A stretch of 36,821 nucleotides of DNA from an uncultured Gammaproteobacteria bacterium. Lineage in GTDB: Bacteria > Pseudomonadota > Gammaproteobacteria > CAZYCO01. Shown one piece after another: positions 29,727 to 36,821 of the stretch. Position 1 is the first letter of the stretch; the number at the start of each line of letters is the position of its first letter. The stretch lies in the NCBI GenBank assembly GCA_964645885.1, contig CAZYCO010000003.1:1372-38192 (forward strand), given 5' to 3'. A program made the position numbers and the translations under genes. Below the pieces are notes generated by a model. The model made no database searches. It was not told the DNA's origin and saw nothing but the letters and a program-made list of their open reading frames with translations.

Positions 29727-31265
29727 TCACACCTGTATTTGTTTAAATGCGTTAAGAGCTTGTTTTAATTGTGATTCGATATCATCGTTGAAATCACCTT
29801 TTTGATTAATTAAATCAAGTAAGGAACGATAATTTGTTTTGACATAATCACGCAATTCTTGTTCGAATTTCACAACATCTTTCAAAGCAACATCATCTAA
29901 ATAACCTTTTTCTACTGCAAAAAGGGTCACCGCCATTTCAGCAACACTTAAAGGTTCATATTGTTTTTGCTTCATAATTTCAGTTACACGTTGACCACGT
30001 TCTAACTGTTTACGAGTTGCTTCATCTAAATCTGATGCAAATTGTGAGAACGCAGCTAATTCGCGATATTGCGCTAATGCAAGACGAACACCACCACCTA
30101 GTTTTTTGATGATTTTAGTTTGTGCTGCACCACCCACACGAGAAACTGATAAACCTGAATTAATCGCAGGACGAATACCAGAGTTGAATAAATCGCTGTC
30201 TAAGAAAATTTGTCCGTCAGTGATCGAAATTACGTTTGTAGGTACGAATGCAGATACGTCACCTGCTTGAGTTTCAATTACTGGTAATGCAGTTAATGAA
30301 CCTGTTTTGCCTTTAACAGCACCATTTGTCATACGTTCTACATATTCCGCATTTACACGCGCAGCTCTTTCAAGCAAACGAGAATGTAAATAGAAAATGT
30401 CTCCTGGGTATGCTTCACGACCTGGTGGACGGCGAAGTAATAATGAAATTTGACGATAAGCCCATGCTTGTTTAGTTAAATCATCATAAATAATAAGTGC
30501 ATCTTCACCTTTATCACGGAAATATTCGCCCATTGCGCAACCTGCGTATGGAGCAATATATTGAAGAGCAGCAGCATCAGCCGCACCAGCAACAACAACG
30601 ATGGTATGTTTTAAAGCATCATGTTCTTCAAGCTTTCGAACAATACCAGCAACAGAAGATGCTTTCTGTCCTATTGCAACATAAATACATTTAACGCCAG
30701 TATTTTTCTGATTGATGATGGTATCGATAGCAATTGCTGATTTACCAATTTGTCGGTCACCGATGATCAACTCACGCTGACCGCGACCAACAGGAGTCAT
30801 AGTATCAATAGCTTTAATACCTGTTTGTAGTGGCTGGCTAACTGATTGACGATCAATTACACCTGGCGCAACTTTTTCAACTGGCGAGAATTCTTTTGTC
30901 TGAATAGGGCTTTTACCATCAATAGGATTTCCTAGTGCATCAACAACGCGCCCTAACAAAGCTTCGCCAACTGGTACTTCTAGAATACGGCCAGTACAAC
31001 GAACTGTTTGGCCTTCAGCTAAATTTTGATAAGGGCCTAAAACTACAGCACCAACTGAATCGCGTTCTAAGTTCAATGCCAAACCATATACTTGGCCAGC
31101 GAACTCCAACATTTCGCCTTGCATTACATCAGCAAGACCGTGGATACGAACGATACCATCTTTTAAACTTACGATGGTTCCTTCGGTTCGCTTTTCTGTA
31201 AGTGGAGTAAATTTTTCAATTCTTGCTTTTAGTAGTTCACTAATTTCTGCGGGATTAATAGCCAT
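29727..31265 (-). CDS. atpA: ATP synthase alpha subunit
   Basis: [28 protein letters not shown] and [10 protein letters not shown] motifs. Confidence 0.99.
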   Translation of the reverse strand: MAINPAEISELLKARIEKFTPLTEKRTEGTIVSLKDGIVRIHGLADVMQGEMLEFAGQVYGLALNLERDSVGAVVLGPYQNLAEGQTVRCTGRILEVPVGEALLGRVVDALGNPIDGKSPIQTKEFSPVEKVAPGVIDRQSVSQPLQTGIKAIDTMTPVGRGQRELIIGDRQIGKSAIAIDTIINQKNTGVKCIYVAIGQKASSVAGIVRKLEEHDALKHTIVVVAGAADAAALQYIAPYAGCAMGEYFRDKGEDALIIYDDLTKQAWAYRQISLLLRRPPGREAYPGDIFYLHSRLLERAARVNAEYVERMTNGAVKGKTGSLTALPVIETQAGDVSAFVPTNVISITDGQIFLDSDLFNSGIRPAINSGLSVSRVGGAAQTKIIKKLGGGVRLALAQYRELAAFSQFASDLDEATRKQLERGQRVTEIMKQKQYEPLSVAEMAVTLFAVEKGYLDDVALKDVVKFEQELRDYVKTNYRSLLDLINQKGDFNDDIESQLKQALNAFKQIQV

Positions 31266-31300
31266 AACTTTTCCTTCGCTCGTTTTGATTCAAACAAAAA

Positions 31301-31846
31301 CTAAACTGTTTCAAATAAATTTCTTTCTAGCTCTAATAAATATTTTCGAGCTGATCCATCAAATACCATATCGCCAGCTTTCACGATAACGCCACCTAAA
31401 ATTGACTTATCGGTTTGGCAATCGAGCAATACTTTTCTTTGCAATTTTTGTTCTAATTTACTTGCTAGTTTTGCTTGCTCTTTCTCATCTAATGGCAGAT
31501 ATGAAATTACATCTACAGATAATGTTTTTTGATATTGCTCTTCTAACTCGGTGTAAACAGCAAAAATTTCTGAAGCTAGCTCTAAACGCTTACGTTCGAT
31601 CAACAGCTTCAAAAAATTAATTCCTGCTTCATTAAAATATTGCGAACAAATATCGGTAAATAAAGTTGTTAACTCTTCTTTTGTTACTAACGGATGATGA
31701 ATCAAATCTTTCATTTTAGGATCTGATGCCAGTACCGCTAATACGTTTAGCATACGCGCCCAATCAGCTAATTGGTTATGTTCAACTGCATATTCAAATG
31801 CAGCTTTAGCATAAGGACGCGCTAGTGTTGTATTCGCAATAGCCAT
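31301..31846 (-). CDS. atpH: ATP synthase delta subunit
   Basis: TLARPYAKAAF and ILGGVIVKAGD motifs; operon position. Confidence 0.97.
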   Translation of the reverse strand: MAIANTTLARPYAKAAFEYAVEHNQLADWARMLNVLAVLASDPKMKDLIHHPLVTKEELTTLFTDICSQYFNEAGINFLKLLIERKRLELASEIFAVYTELEEQYQKTLSVDVISYLPLDEKEQAKLASKLEQKLQRKVLLDCQTDKSILGGVIVKAGDMVFDGSARKYLLELERNLFETV

Positions 31847-31854
31847 AGTATGAA

Positions 31855-32325
31855 TTAAATCTCTTCAACTAATTTATCTAATAAATCTTTATTTGCAGCA
31901 GCATCAATGTGACGACCGAGCAATTTTTCAGCACCTGCAATTGCAATAGCAGCAACCTGCTTTTGCAATTGTTCTTTCGCTTGGCGAGTTTGTTTTTCTA
32001 TTTCTGATTGTGCAGAAAGAATAATTTTCTCACTTTCTTCTCGGGCTCTATTTTGAGCTTCAGCAATAATTTGATCTGCTCGTTGATGAGCAGATTCAAT
32101 AATTTTTGTTGCGTTTGCTTTAGCGTCTTTTAACTGTTCAACAGCTTTGCCTTGAGCAAGGCTTAACTCATGCACACCTCGTTCAGCAGCAGCTAAACCA
32201 TCAGCAATTTTCTTTTGACGTTCAGCTAATGCATTAGTAATAGGAGGCCACACGTATTTCATTGTGAACCAAACGAAAATGGCAAAAGTAATCATTTGCC
32301 CAATCAATGTGATATTGATATTCAC
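31855..32325 (-). CDS. atpF: ATP synthase b subunit
   Basis: NINITLIGQ and [12 protein letters not shown] followed by a coiled coil; GTG start. Confidence 0.97.
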   Translation of the reverse strand: MNINITLIGQMITFAIFVWFTMKYVWPPITNALAERQKKIADGLAAAERGVHELSLAQGKAVEQLKDAKANATKIIESAHQRADQIIAEAQNRAREESEKIILSAQSEIEKQTRQAKEQLQKQVAAIAIAGAEKLLGRHIDAAANKDLLDKLVEEI

Positions 32326-32357
32326 GCTTTATCCTCTCTTCACATCAAAAACGTAAA

Positions 32358-32672
<315 letters not shown>

Positions 32673-32679
32673 TTAAAAG

Positions 32680-33830
<1,151 letters not shown>

Positions 33831-33866
33831 TTTTGGTTTTTTACTAGAATAGACCGGCCTAAATTT

Positions 33867-33902
33867 GGCGCGGAGTATAACTATTCTACATTACTGAATC
33901 AA
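33867..33902 (-). promoter_or_regulatory. Sigma70 promoter of the atp operon, overlapping the parB 3' end
   Basis: TTGATT (33902-33897), 17-bp spacer, TATACT (33879-33874), then a GC-rich discriminator CCGCGCC. Confidence 0.65.
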
Positions 33903-34830
33903 GGACTCCCTGCAATTCATCGACACTATGATAGTAAATAATTAGTTGTCCTGAACCATCCAATTTATGCTCAATTTTAACCTTCGTTTTTAAACGGATA
34001 GAAAGCTCTTCCTGTAAATTTTTAATATTTGGATCGTTTTTAATATTTGGATCGAGTGATTTAGTAAAAATGGTTTTAGGTTTTAAAGTAGGTTGAGCTA
34101 GCTCCCGCGCTAACTTTTCTGTTTCTCGAACTGAAAGTTGTTTATCTATAATTTGAGAAAGTGCTACAGCTTGCTGCTCCGCTGTTAAAGAAAGTAATGC
34201 TCGCGCATGACCCATTTCTAACTCTCGATTTTCAAGCGCTTTTTTTACATTTTCTTTTAAATTCAACAGTCTGAGTAAATTACTAACCGCCGAACGAGAA
34301 CGTCCTACGGTTTCAGCAACTTGCTCATGTGTCATATTAAATTCATTTATTAAACGTTGAAGCGCCATCGCTTCTTCTATTGGATTTAAATTTTCGCGCT
34401 GTAAATTTTCAATTAATGCCAATACTGCGGCTTCAGAGTCATTAATATCGCGTACAATTGCAGGGATAGTAGTTAACTGCGCTAATTGTGCTGCGCGCCA
34501 ACGACGCTCGCCTGCGATTAATTCATATTGTTCAAAACCAAGTGGTCGTACCAATATTGGTTGTATAACCCCTTGCATTCGAATCGAATTAGCTAATTCT
34601 TCTAGTGCATTTGGTTCAAATTCATGGCGCGGTTGATAAGGGCTACGAACAATTTTTTCCAAGGAAACATAGCGTAATTTTGCTAGATTTTCCTCAGCAG
34701 GAACGTCAAACATAGCAGGATTAAATTCGCCAGTTATATTTTTTTCTTCATTTATTGCAACTGAACCAATTTCCATATCGCCTAATAAAGAACTTAATCC
34801 TCGTCCTAATCCCCTGTTTTTAACTGACAT
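33886..34830 (-). CDS. parB: Chromosome partitioning protein ParB
   Basis: RGLGRGLSSLL, PYQPR, GVIQPILVR, IAGERRWRAA, IENLQRENLN and HTH motifs; start MSVKN at 34830. Confidence 0.97.
   Translation of the reverse strand: MSVKNRGLGRGLSSLLGDMEIGSVAINEEKNITGEFNPAMFDVPAEENLAKLRYVSLEKIVRSPYQPRHEFEPNALEELANSIRMQGVIQPILVRPLGFEQYELIAGERRWRAAQLAQLTTIPAIVRDINDSEAAVLALIENLQRENLNPIEEAMALQRLINEFNMTHEQVAETVGRSRSAVSNLLRLLNLKENVKKALENRELEMGHARALLSLTAEQQAVALSQIIDKQLSVRETEKLARELAQPTLKPKTIFTKSLDPNIKNDPNIKNLQEELSIRLKTKVKIEHKLDGSGQLIIYYHSVDELQGVLDSVM
34019..34054. repeat. Perfect 18-bp tandem duplication inside parB
   Basis: TTTTTAATATTTGGATCG occurs twice, encoding DPNIKN-DPNIKN. Confidence 0.95.
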
Positions 34831-34840
34831 AAAAAAATCC

Positions 34841-35641
34841 TTAGGTTGTTGAAAATTGTTCCTTTGATGCTGAAGACGGCTCATTATGTCGCCGCAACAA
34901 CTCCCCCGCTAACGCTAAATAAGCCATCGCACCTTGCGATTTGCTATCATAAACTAATACTGGCATGCCATGACTTGGTGCTTCGGCTAAACGAACATTC
35001 CTTGGAATAACCGTTCTGTAAACTCGATCTCCAAAGTGCTCTATTAATTGTTCTGATACTTCTACCGCTAAACGATTTCGTTTATCGAACATCGTTCGTA
35101 GTAATCCTTCTATTTCTAATTTGTTATTTACTGTTTCTTTGATTTGACGAATGGTGTTCATCAAACTAGCTAATCCTTCTAATGCGAAATATTCACATTG
35201 CATTGGAATAAAAACTGAATCAGCAGCAACTAAAGCATTAAGAGTTAAAATATTTAATGATGGTGGGCAATCAATCAAAATGAAATCGTATAAACCGCTT
35301 AATTGTAATAACAGACGGCGAAGTTGAGTTTCTTTTTCAGGTTGTTTTAAAAGTAAAATTTCAGATTCAGTTAAATCACTATTGGCAGGAATAAGATCAT
35401 AACCGCCAACGGTTTTTTGAATTACTTGATGAATAGGAATACGTTTTAACAATACATCATTAATTGAGCTTTTTACTTTCTTTTTATCAATACCACTTCC
35501 CATTGTGGCATTACCTTGTGGATCAAGATCGACCATTAAAACTTGTCGTTTAGTTGCAACCAATGATGCAGAGAGATTGATGCAACTTGTTGTTTTTCCA
35601 ACGCCACCTTTTTGATTTGTAACTGCAATTACTTTTGTCAA
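34841..35641 (-). CDS. parA: Chromosome partitioning ATPase ParA/Soj
   Basis: NQKGGVGKTT, DLDPQGNAT, IDCPPSL and IPRNVRLAEAPSHG motifs; TTG start. Confidence 0.97.
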   Translation of the reverse strand: MTKVIAVTNQKGGVGKTTSCINLSASLVATKRQVLMVDLDPQGNATMGSGIDKKKVKSSINDVLLKRIPIHQVIQKTVGGYDLIPANSDLTESEILLLKQPEKETQLRRLLLQLSGLYDFILIDCPPSLNILTLNALVAADSVFIPMQCEYFALEGLASLMNTIRQIKETVNNKLEIEGLLRTMFDKRNRLAVEVSEQLIEHFGDRVYRTVIPRNVRLAEAPSHGMPVLVYDSKSQGAMAYLALAGELLRRHNEPSSASKEQFSTT

Positions 35642-36282
35642 AGCTCATCCCCTGTAGGCTTAATCACAATGATATGTCTTTGTGCTGCTAATTCAGAAAT
35701 ATGTATCGATTGTGAAATAATTTTAAATGGTTCTTGTTTGATTTCTTGAAGTTCTTGTTCTGGCAGTTCACCTTTCATCGCCAACATTATTCCATGTGGT
35801 GCACAAAGGCGATGCGTTTGTTGTACAAAATTTTTTAAACTTGAAAATGCTCTTGAAACAACAGTGTCAAATAATTGTGTGGGAAAGAATTTTTCAATAC
35901 GTGTTTCTAATATTTCAACATTATCTAATTGCAACAACGCTTTTATTTGCAACAAAAATCGAATTTTTTTGCCATTACTATCTAACAAAAAAAATTTTTT
36001 TGTTGGATAACAAATTGCTAGAGGAATACCAGGAAATCCTGCGCCAGTTCCTACATCCAAAATTCGCTCTCCTTGCAAAAATTGGCCGGTGCTTAAACTA
36101 TCTAAAAAATGATGTGTGATTATATTTTCTGTTGCTGTTATTGCTGTCAGATTAAAAATCTTATTCCACTTTTGCAGTTCAAACAAAAATTTTTCAAACT
36201 TCGGCAATGTATTTTCTATTGGCAATCCAATTGCAGTTAATTCTTTTTGCAACAACAATAAAGGATCACGACGCATGTTCAT
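35638..36282 (-). CDS. rsmG: 16S rRNA m7G527 methyltransferase
   Basis: KWNKIFNLTAI, HFLDSL, LDVGTGAGFPGIPLA and SRAF motifs. Start ambiguous (36276, 36282 or 36297). Confidence 0.95.
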   Translation of the reverse strand: MNMRRDPLLLLQKELTAIGLPIENTLPKFEKFLFELQKWNKIFNLTAITATENIITHHFLDSLSTGQFLQGERILDVGTGAGFPGIPLAICYPTKKFFLLDSNGKKIRFLLQIKALLQLDNVEILETRIEKFFPTQLFDTVVSRAFSSLKNFVQQTHRLCAPHGIMLAMKGELPEQELQEIKQEPFKIISQSIHISELAAQRHIIVIKPTGDEL

Positions 36283-36821
36283 AAGATTGTTTTGCACTAT
36301 AAAAACCGCGTTTTTTTAAATAAACCAATAAAATAGAAATAGCAGCTGGTGTTACACCTGAAATACGCATTGCTTGTCCAATTGTTGCAGGCTGTATCTC
36401 ATTTAATTTTTGCCAAACTTCTGTCGATAAACTTGGAATAGTTTGATAATCAAATGGCACTGGTAATTTTGTTTCTTCGTTGCGTTTTTGTCTTGCTATT
36501 TCATCTGCTTGCCGCTCGATGTAACCGGCATATTTTGCTTGAATCTCAACTTGTTCTGCTGCCTGTTCATTTAAAACACCAGGACCTACACCTTCTATAT
36601 TCATTAAATCTTGATAAGAAAGTTCGGGGCGACGCAATAAATCAATTAATGAATACTCACGAACAATTGGGTTTGCTATTTTTTTGGCTAATTGTTCTGC
36701 AATAAAAGTATTTGGATGTACCCATGTTGTTTTAAGGCGTTGTTGTTCTTGTGCAATTGCTTCTTGTTTTTCATTGAATATGCGCCAACGCTCTGCATCA
36801 ATTAATCCTAATTTATAAGCT
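36266..36821 (-). CDS. mnmG: tRNA uridine 5-carboxymethylaminomethyl modification enzyme MnmG (GidA), C-terminal part; 5' end outside the window
   Basis: LLRRPELSY, EQVEIQAKYAGYI and PATIGQAMRISGVTPAAISILLVYLK motifs; upstream of rsmG. Confidence 0.97.
   Translation of the reverse strand, partial: AYKLGLIDAERWRIFNEKQEAIAQEQQRLKTTWVHPNTFIAEQLAKKIANPIVREYSLIDLLRRPELSYQDLMNIEGVGPGVLNEQAAEQVEIQAKYAGYIERQADEIARQKRNEETKLPVPFDYQTIPSLSTEVWQKLNEIQPATIGQAMRISGVTPAAISILLVYLKKRGFYSAKQSYEHAS

Noticed and set aside
33831-36821. parS sites or oriC near parAB and mnmG
   Set aside because: I did not spot TGTTTCACGTGAAACA or clustered TTATCCACA boxes by eye, and the region is almost fully coding; a motif scan is needed to exclude degenerate sites.

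Overview
AT-rich gammaproteobacterial chromosome segment. Gene content and order suggest a Legionellales/Coxiellales-like, possibly host-associated lineage (inference). The right third is the canonical origin-region block mnmG(partial)-rsmG-parA-parB-atpIBEFHAGDC-glmU-glmS on the minus strand. The middle holds a mixed-orientation nucleotide-sugar cluster (PMM/PGM, pgi, small phosphoglycosyl transferase, galU, ugd, WecD-like GNAT, UDP-glucuronate epimerase) with comEA embedded, plus ETF-QO divergent from etfB-etfA-ald-M17 aminopeptidase. The left part has a GtrA flippase with a large GT-C-like membrane protein, rdgB plus a TPR-methyltransferase, a divergent CsrA paralog, rdgC, fumC, and a truncated ankyrin-like ORF with an Asn8 tract that is missing from the ORF track. 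I saw no rRNA, tRNA, CRISPR array, transposase or integrase. Most of the window is housekeeping and no new system can be proven from the sequence alone. The best leads are the effector-like ORF with a PmrA-type promoter, the orphan GtrA/GT-C pair with an OpgB-like tail, the CsrA paralog flanked by GGA motifs, and a 114-nt structured intergenic element. All family assignments come from motif recognition by eye, not database searches.
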